Shown: positions 36,456 through 50,227, counted from the stretch's first letter. The stretch is DNA of 64,000 nt from Saccostrea echinata (GCF_033153115.1 NW_026889761.1:5332001-5396000); one strand, 5' to 3'. Program-made: numbers and translations. Notes: a model not told the origin generated them from the sequence alone.

Positions 36456-36644
36456 TAGCCTATGACATTACATGAGGATGGCGATACATCTATGTGTTGG
36501 CTACATCTGTTGCTAGATCAGGTGTTGTACATGCATTAACGAAAACAAAGCCACCTAAGTGTTATTTTTAATTCACTATACAACATATTATACATGCATT
36601 GAACTCTTTAAAATGGTCCAGAAATAGTTTTTTGTATTGTCTGT

Positions 36645-38888
36645 TTAATTACGACGTGGTACCGGAAGTGCCTCTGTAAGTTTTTGTTGGACTCTGCACT
36701 TCCGACTGGTAACTTTGAAAACACGATTAAATCGATTTAAAGCACCTAAAAACGGAAAGCGTTTCTTCTGGTATGCAAGTGTCCCCTCGAAGACAACCGC
36801 AATAACATTTTCAATTTGAGACCATGCGTGGTTCATCCCTAAAAGCACTTCGTTTATGTCGTCACCATCTTTCGGTATTGACAAGATCGCCAATACCGAG
36901 CGGCTTTTCTTAATATTCTCATACAGTTGGACTTCCCGAACGTCGCCGAAATCTTCATGAATTGGTGGAACAAAACACTCGTAGCCACTGTGTTGAAGAT
37001 ACCCAAAGATGTCAAGTACATACTGGATAATATCTGAATTTGTATCGTTAAACAGAAAATAAACATCATAGCAATAATGTCCGTTCTTACTTTTTGTAAA
37101 ACGACTTTTTACCATTATGGCATAAAACCTTAAAACTTTGACCATAAATATGGCGATCAAAGCTGTAGCAGGAATGAGAAACAAAGTGAAAAATGTTTTG
37201 TCGAATTCATTTTCTAAACAACTGTCAAACGCTATCTCGGCATGAAGAATACCATGCGAATCTGTTCGACACAGTAGGGGATTTGAACTATTGACCTTTG
37301 ACCCTAATCTCCATGCTCTGATCCATTTTTCCTGACAACTACATGGCACGCTGTTTGTTCCAAACCAGATCATACTAGCATCAATGTCTGCAAATCCTGG
37401 AGTGAGTTTTGGTAGACTGTGGTCCGTAATGTACAGCTTTTCCAGGATTTTAAGTTTGGGAAGAACTGTGTCCGATATCTCTGTGATTTGGTTCCCGGAT
37501 AAGTCTAAGACGGTGATATTCCTGAGATAGTTGACAGGCTTTACTTCTGTAATGGCGTTGTTGCTGCAGTTCAGTTCTATGTTGTAAATACTTTCAGGAA
37601 GATATGATGGAAGACTTGTGAGATTTTGAAAAGAACAGTCCACAATCATCCGATATCGACTAGGTTGTTCTGCACACGAACAAGATGAAGGACAAAAATT
37701 CAGATTTGGACATACAAACATATCTAATAACGAGGAATCATTAAATACATTTAAAATATTGAAATTCTTCAGATTCTCGGGTGATGAACAGGAATACAAG
37801 CCGTCGTCTGGTAAGTAATAAAATCTTTTAAACACCTCAATATCTCCGATCAATACAAGCCGTCGTCTGGTAAGTAATAAAATCTTTTAAACACCTCAAT
37901 ATCTCCGATCAATAGCGCTCCCAAAGTACAATCACAAGTCAAGTTTCTCAAACGTTAATTTGCCAATTAGTTCATACTGGTGCAAATTTCGAAGCGACTC
38001 AATGCTAGATCCAAATATTAACTGAAATGGGTGTTGATTCATGGTAGAATTGTTAAGCACCACCTCTCCGCCGCCATATTGCATCCCTGTTTGTAAGATA
38101 TTCTCTTTTGTTTTCACGAAAGTTATATTACACCTAGCCAGTGTGATGTTGCAAAAGGTCCTACGCTTAAAGTGAACATTGGACAAGTCATAAGATACGA
38201 AATTATTGTTTGATAAATCCGTGACAAAAATTTAATTTAAACAATATTTTATTATGATTAAACATAACTGGATTGGACAGCAGGCACTGCCTATATAAGT
38301 CCTCTCCACAAAAGTTTCTATCCCTGCCTCCGTGAAAGTGTTTGATCCTACCGTTTTTATGTTTGTATTTGTCAGAAAAAGAATGCGCAAGTTAGGCATT
38401 CCAGAAAAGGTTTCATTGGATACAGCTGAAATCAAATTGTCACTTAAATCTAAAAAGTCAAGAAGATTCATGCAATTAATTCCTTTAATGCTTTGAATTC
38501 TGTTTCCTTTCAGCCTCAGAGTAACCAGAGTGTTGCTAAATTCACACAAATTGTCTGGTAGCCATCTCATTCTGTCATATTCATGAACCAGCCAATGAAA
38601 CAACGAAGAGGAGTCATTTCCAACAATACTCGATCTTCCGAGCGAATTCACGTACTCCACAAATAAGGGGAGATAACTGATATTCGGATCGAGCTGCCAG
38701 ATAGATTTCCCCTCACAGGCGCAGCATCCTTCGTAATCATCAGTGTCTCGGGGGAGACAGACATCTGGACAGAGGACGTTTGGCTTTTCCAGCCCAGTTT
38801 CCGATTTCCAGCTGTGAAAACCCATCACGTTTGCTCCAGAAACAAATGAAACAATCTGAAAGATGACCATTACTTTTAAAATGTTCAT
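36645..38888 (-). pseudogene. Disrupted multiple-cysteine-cluster Toll-like receptor (signal peptide, LRRs, LRRCT/LRRNT, LRRs, LRRCT, TM, TIR-like)
   Basis: Signal peptide MNILKVMVIFQIVSFVSG; LRRs (LRLKGNRI, LDLSDNLI, LDLSGNQI); NLTCDC, CPSSCSC and PCSC caps; TM FFTLFLIPATALIAIFMV; TIR box-1-like YDVYFLF. Lesions: 84-nt insertion with a stop (38232-38315), frameshift at ~37945, 59-bp tandem duplication (37793-37910). Confidence 0.85.
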
Positions 38889-40239
38889 TGTAAATACTGT
38901 AGTAGTTTCAATACAAGCCAGTTTTCCTTCTCTCTCTTTTGTGAGTATTCGCTTAAATGGAAACATAAACGTTTTAATGTGTGAAAGACTTCCTTCTATA
39001 CTGATTCCTCCAATTATAGTTTTATTTAAAACTCAACTATTGTTTAGATATTTTGACATCCTTCAAACATGACTGTACGTACGTGAGAGCAACTTTATCA
39101 CTGTGTGTCGTATGTCTCGTTTATTAAATCTACGGTCATGGTGGTTTAAAACATTTTTATGTAAAGTAAACTTCATTATATTATTTTTTTTATTTATCAC
39201 TTAAAATGCTGGAAGACTACACGTAATTATCTTTCATTGGGTGGAATTTAACAGGATACAGAGAGAAACTCAGGAAGCAGAAATTCATGATTATTTTCAG
39301 CAATCCATACCTTTGTCTTATATCAAATGAAAAAAAAACTATTCTCACAAAAAATCACGAATTATAGAGCCATGGATTTTAGTTACGGATCATCTTGTTA
39401 TGAAGCTAAACAGAATATTGATACTGGTTGTCTTTTTAGATGGAATGAATAGTAAAATACATATTTCAGACATACTAACGTCTGAATTCTGAAAAGAAAA
39501 TCAACATAAAAATTGCAAATCAAATTTTCCTGGAGGGCCAGTGTCCCATTTTACTCAAGATCTTACAACTCAGATAAAACTTTAACTAAATATAAAATCT
39601 TTCATATTTCTTATTCTGTTAATTCCTATCATGAAAATATTTTTTTTTAAAATTCATTTTAGAAAGATTAAACCCATCTTCGAATTAAAAAAATGTTATT
39701 TGCAAAATTATATTTTGATCTGCAGCTTTGCAGTCTTTAGGAACAACTTAAAACAGTAGACTGTCGTTATTCTGACATGTATGTTATTTTTAGCTCTGTA
39801 TTTCTGGCAACATCTCTTTTCTCAAACATCAGCCTTGTCATACATGACACCCCCTCCCCCGAGTTTAAGATGGGAATATACAGAAACGGCTCTTAATTTC
39901 AAAAAATATATAATAGAATAATAATGTATTTTTTCTGTGCATATGAAAAATCATTTAAAACTCGAAGATCATGCATTAATTAGCATTAAAGCATAGCTAA
40001 TTGGCGCGCATCGAGGGATGGACCAGCACAACAATTGCCATTCATATCGTCATATGTCACTGAAAAACAAAATGGAAAAACTTTGTTTATTTCTTAAATA
40101 AACACAAAATATTTTATGACATTTATGCAATTTTGCCTGGAAAAAGGATACTTTTTTAATCGAAGTGAATGCAGTTAATTTACTGATTTAATTTATTTCA
40201 GTTAAAAAACAAACAAGGTGATCTTTAAACATCAGGTGG

Positions 40240-40540
40240 CCTGATAAAATAAGAAATGAAGACAAACCAATCAGCAATAAAAATTAGGATATGTAAAAGG
40301 AGATGGCGGTGGACTGGCCTCAATTTGAGAAAGCAGAGAAATTCCATCACTCGGCAGGCACTCCAGTGGAACCCATCAAAGAATTCACCTGGAGGAGAAG
40401 TGTTGTGGCAGAGATGGAAAGGGGAGTTAATAAGTGGCACCAAGTGGAAAGGCTAGCGCAGGACAGGACCGGGTGGAGGGGTATTGTCAGTGGCCTATGC
40501 TACTCCCTGGAGCAAAGGGCTTAAGCAAGTAAGCAAGGTA
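40240..40540 (+). mobile_element. 5'-truncated RTE-clade LINE 3' end
   Basis: Frameshifted peptides RRWRWTG...RK...ITRQALQWNP and TWRRSV...W..VERLAQDRTGWR..VSGLC, typical of an RTE ORF C-terminus; short (TAAGCAAG) tail. Confidence 0.8.
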
Positions 40541-41649
40541 AAAATTAAAACACAAGAGATGCATGATCGTGACAATTTCTACCAGATTATGGAGATCCAT
40601 GTATAAATTTAGTATACCACTGATATCGATGTAGGAGTTGTCTCCCCTGACAGAGGACCCAACGAGAAGTAGAGAAAAAAATGTGGTCAATCTCTTCGGT
40701 AAGAAATCTGTACCTCGAGGTCAAAATCCAGGCCGTGCCTGTTGTACATATTAAGATAGTGAGCGATATAACCAATGATGATTACGAAAGCCAAAAGCCT
40801 AAACACACAATTATATACGAGCAAGAAATAATAACAAAACGAACTCAGTCTGTTGATTGAAGGGATGACCATAACCTTCTACTAGCAGAAAATATTCCAA
40901 TTTTTAAATCAGTCCAAAAATATGTAGTAGCTACTAAGAGATTTGCATAGCCAGTTTTACACTACTTCCTTCATGGGTTTGTAAGTATATTCTTAAATTG
41001 TTTGTAGCAATCGCGTCTTGTTTTCTTCGAATTAATATTTTTTAATATCACTATTGTATCTATACTTATTACTTTTTTGTAAATCCTACTATATTCCTAA
41101 CTGTGTTTTTTTCCCTCTCTGACATTCCTTTATTTAGTCATCAGTAAATTTAGTAAATTATATTTCTGTCAATTGATATGTTGTTTCCTAAATTCAAGAT
41201 GCATGTAATTTCAAACTTTACTTTTTGTATTATATATTGTTTCAACCGTATTATGCTTTTCTACCCAATAATAATATGTTATTTCAGCAAATTATAAGGA
41301 CTAGGAGACGGATTAACACAAGTTCTCAAACTTGTTTCCGAATACTATTTGATCTTTACTTAATGTCTGTACTGTATGCTTGTAATTTTCAAATAAAATA
41401 TTATTTAAATTAAGGGATGGTTGTTTGCTTTAGTCCCTTTGAAAATTTCACTCAAATTCACCGCCACCTACTGTCGATAAATTTAAATCTGTACTCGGCA
41501 CGTCTGGCTATTGAGCAATGATCGAGGAACCAGCGTACGTCACCCTCGGTTTTTATTCGTTCTCATCCAAAGGGCCTCTCTCCATGTCATGCAGTTCTAG
41601 TAGGCCATGGGGTAAGGATTTGCCAAAAAAGCTAATTAAAACATCATTT

Positions 41650-41885
41650 TTTTGCCAATTAGAAGTTGTGATTCTCTAATTAGCCAATCTAATGTTATGC
41701 CGGATTCTCCCGCTAATTAAAGGTTGTGATTCTCCCGCCAATCTTAAGTTGTGATTCTCGAGCCTGCCATTCTCCCGCTATAATTAGAGGTTGCTATTCT
41801 CCCGCCAATAAGAAGTTGTGCTTTTCCCGCCAATTAGAAGTTGCTATTCTCCTGCCAATTAGAAGTTGTGATTTTCCCACCAGAT
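41650..41885. repeat. Degenerate ~25-bp tandem repeat
   Basis: Unit ATTCTCCCGCCAATTAGAAGTTGTG, ~8 copies. Confidence 0.8.
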
Positions 41886-43287
41886 TGTGTTGTTCTCCAT
41901 GAGGACTAGTTCTCTTGTAGTACAGTTTACCTGAAGAACAAGCGATAACATGGCGTTACACATGTTACTTAAAATATTGTTCTCAAGCACCATGGTCTGA
42001 CTTTATCACCTCTCCTCTGCATGCTATTACAACCAGAACACGAGAGACGAAAATATACAAATTATCACAACGTGTCGCAGACGTCTGCTGATATGGTCCC
42101 ATCGCTACAAGATAACATGGTCCCATTGAAGAGAAAGAGCTTGATCAGAAGTTGTTTTAACAACATACACGTCATAACCGTTATTAGAGGCGTCTTTTTT
42201 GATATCGTGGTTATCTGGTCTTGATATTGCATAAGGACTTTTATCATTTAGTTCTGAGTGTTTTTTCGGTAAATGATATGTTTGTTGGGGGTCAGTCCAA
42301 ATTTCTAACTTTATTACGCAATTTGAGGACGCACATTAAACTTCTTAGTTTGCTCTTCGATATGCTACTGATGATCCTATTCGATCGATGGCACACACGA
42401 TGGCACACAAATCGCCATGCAAGAAAATTATAAGCAAAATTAATTAAGAAGGTATAGGCAAAATATTGGACCGACACCCGCAACAACAGATGTCAAAAAC
42501 AGCCTGCTCCCAATGATATATACGTGCTACTGTTTACAATGAAACCAGCACAATAACATATTCACCAAGAACAGACATCCAGCTTAGATTGTACTTGAAG
42601 GTTAACAAATTGCACTATGAACATGAAAATAATAATAAAAAAAAGAGTTTTAAATCTAAAATGTGTTTCGGTAATGAAATGACAGTAAAGCTTAAGGAGA
42701 AAAAATATACAATTAACATCTTTGTATTGAAACACGGCTAAAATAGCGCACAAAGAAATGTAAATTAGATACAAACCAAGGAATGTTTGAAAATAGACAA
42801 AAAGAAAAAGAATCAAAAAATCAAATGTCATGTTGTGAATCAAACTTTTATCTGTTCTGAACTGAATAATAGACACTTTGCTACATATGAACGGATCTAC
42901 ATTATTTTTGCGTTTAAACCCCCAAAACCAGAAGCCTGTTTTACATATTTTACAAAAGAACTTACGACTAAGACCAAAATGTAATTTTGGGAATAATTTT
43001 TCTTATTGTCAACTCAAGTTTGGGTCGCAAGTTCTTTTGTAGAATTAATGGGTTTCTGCAGAACTTTGATAGACATGTACCAATTTTTCCCCATTACATG
43101 ATAACGGTACGATACCGATGTACTATAATCTATTCCATATAACCCTTGAGTCAGTATATAGATTATTTCAAGTGCACAGTATTCCTCGATGTTTCCGTTC
43201 CACTTAAGAGAATTATCATCTTATTTCTGCGTGATAACTGATATATAGCACCGGTCGCCAAACCTAAGCCTTCACATTCACATAAGG

Positions 43288-46200
43288 ATGGCAAGCAGTT
43301 TGGTGACCATGAGAACCCACACTGGTCAAGTCCCGGCCCCAGAGGACGCGGACGTGTCCGACAGTGAGGACTCTTTGATGATTGACAGCGAGGAGGAGAA
43401 CGCGAGCAGCGCGGACCTCAGATTCAGGAAACCTCGTGGAATAGGGACGCCCGACCACCCGGGATTCGAAAATTTCGATAAATTCAGACTGTATATGGAG
43501 AATAAAAACACTCAAAGAAAAACAGATACAGATGTACGTATCGTCATCAGTTATTTGCGCTCGGTCGATGAGAACAGAAACCCAGAGGATGTTCCAGCTG
43601 CCGAACTCGACCGATATTTGTCGACATTTTTTACGATTGTGAAGAAGCATGATGGGAATGATTACGAGCCCGCGAGTCTGCGCGGGATGCTGTGTAGCAT
43701 CGAACGTTACCTTAAAATGAAGAATTATCTCACCTCCGTGACTAGAGATGCTGCTTTTGTTGGCACCAGACAAGCGCTCAAGTACAAACAACAAAGACTC
43801 AGAGAAATTGGTAAAGGCATCAAGAAGCCAAATGAGCCCATTGGCAAACTAGGGTTCGACCGCATACACCAATTATTTTCCGAGCAAGAGATGGGGCCAC
43901 ACACCCCAATGTCGGTCATTAACACTCTGTGTTTCGTCATCATAGTCCACTTTAGACTAAGAAAAGCCATAGATCATAAGAATTTACAATGGGGAGACAT
44001 AGAGTTAAAGACAGACACTAAAGGAAAAGAGTACCTAGCGTACCAACCGATGTCAGCATCAAACCAGAGCTATAAAGCTAACAAAATCGCTGACTTAAAA
44101 CTGTGTATCTGGAGCAGACCCGAACTACAGGACAGAGATCCTATTAGCATATATAAACTTTATTCCAAGAAAAGACCGCCCAGCATGCAACACGAGAATT
44201 CGCCTTTCTACCTGGGAATTACAACAATTAACCCAACCCCTATGCAATCCTGGTACCGAACATGTGCCATGGGGGTTAATAAACTTAGTGATTTAGTGCG
44301 CATGATCCGTAGCATCACTGGACTTCCGCGTACTACACTCGATGGATCAACAGAAAGCATTTTGTCCGCCAACTTTTCCATTCCGTCCACTAATGACCGT
44401 CTTCCATATTCGTATAAACCAATCCCACCAGTCCCAAACTTCACCCCCATCAAACCTAAACCTGAATTACCGGAGGCGTCGACAGAGGAAAACAGCTTGA
44501 CAGAAACCATCATTGAGGCGGAGGAAACTTCCCGGTCCGTGTGTCTGTCCGCCTCGGAAAGTCCACTCTCACAGTCTGACAGCGAGAATTTATCGCTAGT
44601 CAGCAATGAAAGACGGAGTACGTATACATTACGTATATCACTTACAATGATCCGTGGTATATGAGTAATGAGGAAGGGAATTTTTTTTCAGGCTATAACA
44701 GTCACACAACATTGCATTATAGTAATATATAGATTTCATTTTAAATTTACTTCTGTAAAATTCTCAAATTACTTAGTAATATATAACTGTGAAGTTCTAC
44801 ACTCTAGGCTCTGTTTGATATGAAGTGTACGTTCCTGCAAAAATAATTTGATGAATTTTGATTTTTAATTAGGAGCTATAAATTGATAGTTATTCATTTT
44901 ATCGCTGAATATTGCAATGTACACTTCAGTTCAAATCTACCCCCATAGTAGTAGTATGTAAAAGATAAATTGTACTTTAACGAAAGTCTGGTTAACTTCA
45001 ACATGAATTCAATATTCTGATATTTAAGTATAAGGGGGCCCACTGAACTCTTATGAACATATGTACTAGAACCTTTATATCAGATCTAGAATTCTTTATC
45101 ATATTCGGAAAGACACAAGTCAATATACTGTATCGCTGATAGCATAAGAATCGGAAAGTAGAAGGATCTATGATAAGAGAATTTTCCCAATATGGACGAT
45201 AATGATACATGTACGTGGGCTATATATACGATATGTTCCTATTATTCATAATATCCAGGTAAGGAAAAAGCGTATCTGTGCAGGTGATAACCATCAGATC
45301 CATGTTTCAGGTGACCAGACACCTTTAAAAAGAGCTAAGGAGACTATCTGTGCAGTAATGCAGACACTGGACCAATCAGACGTGAATGACCTACTGACCT
45401 GGCTACGGCAGTCACGCCTGGATGAACGAGAAGAGATTGGTAAGATGTTTATAAAATCTGCCACTTTAATCCTTGCTTCTGGTGTCTCTAGGTTCCTCAG
45501 AGCTACATTTCTGTTCACCTATTGTAAGGTGCCCGTCTGTCCGGCTGTCTGTAAACTTAACACATTTTCGATTTCTTCTCCAGGATCTCCGGGCCGATTT
45601 CAACCATACTTGCAACGAGCATTCTTCGGTTAAGCAATTCATAATTCTTTAAATAAAGGGCTTTCCCATTCCAAAGTAATAAAAAAGCAAAAAATAGGAC
45701 GAGGTCATTAAAAAATATCTTCTTCTCAAGAATCACTGAGCAAGAAAACATTAAACGTATGTGAAATCTAACTGCTTAATAACATTATGTACATTCTAAT
45801 TATAAATTATTCATTATATGGTCCCTGAGGATAGGGTAAGATCTCAATATGGGATCATTCAAATTGTATTGCTTCTTAAAAAAGATCTTCTTAAGAATAA
45901 TATGAATAACATCTCCATGGTTAGTGCGGGGCACAATAGTGGGATAATTTTTTTTCATAAGAATGAAGAGGGAAACTCGTCTGAAGCAAGCATTGTGGTC
46001 TATGGGATCTTGATAAATATCCTTAAAATGTAATACAGTTGCGTTACCCATGTTCGCCGACCTTGATACGTTTGTTTCTAAAATATCAAAGCTGCCATCC
46101 TCAGCTGTGTGCTATAGTTTTTTTTATAATATATTTTTTTTTATCTCATTTCGAAACTTTACTGTATCTTTTCAGCTGAGAGGAGTACTGACAGTAATAC

Positions 46201-46882
46201 GATTCAAAAGGAACCGGGTACTAATGAAAACGATGACACAAGACATTTTACACTTGGCATAGAATTTAACTTGCGTGCACGACCTGGGGAGGATCCAATC
46301 AAAATTACTTCCGTTGTAACCGATAAAATTGCCAAAAACATGGACAAAGAGGAAAAATGGAACGCATGCATTCAAAATAGCCGTAAAAGAGAATCTTCAT
46401 CAAGGGGCAATGAAGGAGAAGACAATATGTCTACAAATCTGTGTAAAAGAAATAAAATTGCCACGCCAAACCCTGTCAATCTTACCAATGAAAATATATC
46501 GAACAGCGCGACATCATATGATGACGTTCCAAAGATAAATAAAAACATATCAAATGATTTGGGCTGTAGTGCTTCCAATAGCAATGCAGCTGAAACACAG
46601 ATGTCGGAACATCTGTCCTCGACGACTGCGGAAATTCTGCCAAACTTCACTTCCGGTTACAATCCAGTTCCACATGCTCATATGGCACCGATACAACGCC
46701 CCTCATTTTTTAGCACTCATGATCCTAACTGGACCAGTTCCCTACCCCACCCGTCTCTGTACCATAGGGGAGGTCTGGACACCGTCACACCCATGACTGC
46801 GCATTGCAGCTACACCCAGTATCAGTTCGCGCAATCCTTGCATTCTGCGAGCTCTTGCCAGTTCCCTCAAAGTAATTTGTAG
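43288..46882 (+). CDS. Crypton-derived DUF3504 protein (ZMYM/QRICH1/KCTD1/KIAA1958-like), ~721 aa, 3 exons
   Basis: Phase-consistent exons 43288-44617, 45311-45439, 46176-46882. Motifs ENKNTQRKT, ELDRYLSTFFTIVKKHDGNDYEPASL, HFRLR...LQWGDI, DPISIYKLYSKKRP...FYL and WY...MGVNKL. Confidence 0.8.
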
Positions 46883-47247
46883 TACTATTGTATATGTATA
46901 GTTTTCTGACACGTGTGTACATTTTACTTTAATTCATGTATCAGGTATTTGATCACACTCATGATTATATAAAATTTAAATGGGCTTAAATACATGTGTA
47001 ATTCAAATCTCCATTACGAACCAGAGGGGAATATATTAGTAGATTTCGGGGATGTTCGAAGGAATCTTAATAATAGCATTCACCGATAAATGATATACTT
47101 TATTATTTCTTACACCGATAATAGAACTAGTTAACTTTGTATCAAAGCTCCACTACATTAGTATGGCATCATCTTTTGTTCTTCTAATTCTATTTCTGGA
47201 AAGGCCCAAAGCAGTCCAATAAGTTACCTGTAACTGTCCAATAAGTG

Positions 47248-49877
47248 AACAAGAGGCCCAAGGGCCTTATCGGTCACCTGAGTATAATACAACAATTTAG
47301 AAGTTAAATACACTGATAGATGAAGCTTTGTTGCCCTAAAGCAAGAGAAGTAGGAAGATCAGGATCAACAAAATAATTAGTCTAGTATTCAGTATCAACT
47401 CATAAATTAAGTTCTAATCTGTCACCCACTTAACACTATCACCATGCAGACTATTAACAAACTATTAGTGCTTCTGTACTATTTTAAAACCCATATTAAG
47501 ACCTCTAGCATTGACCTCTCTTATGGTCTTTGAAGAACTTTTAATAAGATAAGTTATTTTTGTCTCATTTTTATTTATCTATTACTTACAGGTCTACCTG
47601 ATTATTAAAACTAAGAAAGTACTTTTTGAATTATACGATAAACATTCTTGCATAATTATCTTATTCTATTAACCTTTCAAGTACATTGTTTACAGTGATT
47701 AATTATCAAAAGTAAACAGCAAAGGGGAATAACTCCTCTCAGTAGAATACAAATTAATAGAGCCCTGCCCAGGACCAGAATGCTTAGACAAATAGTCCAA
47801 ATGTTCAAAAATCTGGTAGAAATAAGCTTACTTACATCATTTAAACTATTACTCAGTTTGCTTCCGATATGCCCAGAAGCAGAGAAGAATTTCAATGCAC
47901 TTTCTCTACAGATTCAACAAAGCCTTACCCTAACACCAGAACCCAAGACCAAGGGTCAAGAAATTTACAAATTTGGAAGAGTTGTCCGCACCATCATAAC
48001 TATGGACTTCAAAGAATTAACACTTTTCCACTATATTATCCCCCCCCTCGTTATGCCAGAACCCCTGACCCTAGGACCACAAGATTTAAAAATTCTGTTC
48101 GAAGCTCCCATTTTCATCATAGCTAAGCAATTTATTTATCAGCTCAACACTAAGGAGCAGACAGGATTAATTAATGATTAATAGAATTAATGCTTTTTCA
48201 CTATATAATCAATAGAGCCCCCCCCCCCCTCCTCAAGAACCCCAAAAACTGAGGCCATATATTTAAAAATTTTGGAAGAGGCATCCTTGCCTATCATAAT
48301 CATGCACTTAGTTTGTTTAAATAATCTGCAGTAGCAGAGAAGAAGATTTTCAAAGAATCAATGCATTTTCACTATATAATCAATAGAACCCCTGACCCTG
48401 GGGCCATGACATTCATAATTTTTGAAAAGGCATCCTTATGCATCATAACCATGCACTTAGTTTGTTTAAATAATACCCAGGAGCAGAGAAGAAGATTTTC
48501 AAAGAATTAATGCATTTTCACTATATAATCAATAGAGCCCCGCCCTAACACCAGAACCCCTGACCCTGGGGCCATGGCTTTCATAATTCTGGAAGAGGCC
48601 CACCTCCTCATCATAACTATGTACTTAGTTTATCACCTTAATGCCCAGGAGCAGAGGAGAAGATTTTCAAAGAATTAATGCATTTTCACTATATAGTTGA
48701 TAGAGCCCCTCCCTAACACCAGAACCCCTGACCCTGGGGCCATGAAATTCACAATTTTGGAAGAGGTACTTTGCTCATCATAACTATGTACTTAGTTACT
48801 TTATTAAATATCCAGGAGCAGAGAAGAAGATTTTCAAAGAATTAATACATTTTCACTATATAATCAATAGAGCCCCACCCTAACACCAGAACCCCTGACC
48901 CTGGGGCCATGAAATTCATAATTTTTGAAAAGGCACTTTTGCTCATCATAACTATGTACTTAGTTACTTTATTTAATACCCAGGAGCAGAGAAGAAGATT
49001 TTCAAAAAAATTAATGCATTTTCACTATATAATCAATAGAGCCCCGCCCTAACACCAGAACCCCTGACCCTGGGGCCATGAAATTCACAATTTTGGAAGA
49101 GGCTCTCTTGCTCATCATAACTATGTACTTTTTTACTTTATTTAATACCCAGAAGCAGAGAAGAAGATTTTCAAAGAATTAATACATTTTCACTATATAA
49201 TCAATAGAGCCCCGCCCTTACACCAGAATCCCTGACCCTGGGGCCATGAATTTCACAATTTTGGAAGAGGCACTCTTGCTCATCATAACTATGTACTTAG
49301 TTACTTTATTTAATATCCAGGAGCAGAGAAGAAAATTTTCAAAGAATTAATACATTTTCACTATATAATCAATAGAGCCCCGCCCTAACACCAGAACTCC
49401 TGACCCTGGGGCCATGAATTTCACAATTTTGGAAGAGGCACTCTTGCTCTTCATAACTATGTACATTTTTACTTTATTTAATACCCAGGAGCAGAGAAGA
49501 AGATTTTCAAAGAAATAATGCACTTTCACTATATGATCTATATAGCCCCACCCTGGGGCCAGAACCCACGACCCTGGGGCCATGAATTTCACAATTTTGG
49601 TAGAGGGCTCAATGCTTATTACAATGATGCCAACAGTTTGACTGCTTGATGTCCAGGAGTAAAAAAGAAGATTTTTAAAGATTGCATTATTTTTGGTGGT
49701 TTTAGCCCCACCCCTCAGGCCCCAGGGGGGCAGGGACCATGAAATTCACAATTTTTGTTCCCCTTCACCCATAGATGCTATATGCCAAATTTGGTTGAAA
49801 TTGGTTGAGCGGTTTTAGAGAAGAAGCTAAAAATGTTCAAATGTTAACGCACGACGCACGCCGACGGACGAGAACGG

Positions 49878-49917
<40 letters not shown>
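47248..49917. mobile_element. Non-autonomous Helentron-like element with an internal ~168-bp satellite array (Cg170/HindIII-like)
   Basis: Starts AACAAGAGGCCC...GGTCACCTGAG; ends (GACG)n...AGGTCACCTGAGTGACTCAGGTGACCTAAAAA (hairpin); ~11 units containing CCAGAACCCCTGACCCTGGGGCCATGAA...AGAAGAAGATTTTCAAAG at ~47740-49700. Confidence 0.85.
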
Positions 49918-50227
49918 TCTGTCCATTATTAAAAATAATGGCCAGTATTCAATAACTTATTGGACGGCTACAAGCACGTAAGTTATTGGATTAAGAAAAC
50001 ACAACAAAGACAGAAATAAATATTTTTAAGCAATGAATCCAACATGTTTCACAATGTAATATATATTCCAAGTCACAGAAATAAAAACTGAAACTTTGTA
50101 ATATTTCCAATAAATAACGAAATGTATATTCCAACTCACAATGAATGTGAAAAACTTAAATTTGAAGGAATATATCTTCGAATTCTGTAACTTGCACAAA
50201 CAACACACGCGGGGATATCACTTCTCC

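Noticed and set aside
40487-40872. Overlapping minus-strand ORFs with a hydrophobic segment, possibly a decayed membrane-protein gene
   Set aside because: No family motif I can name and no consistent splice structure.
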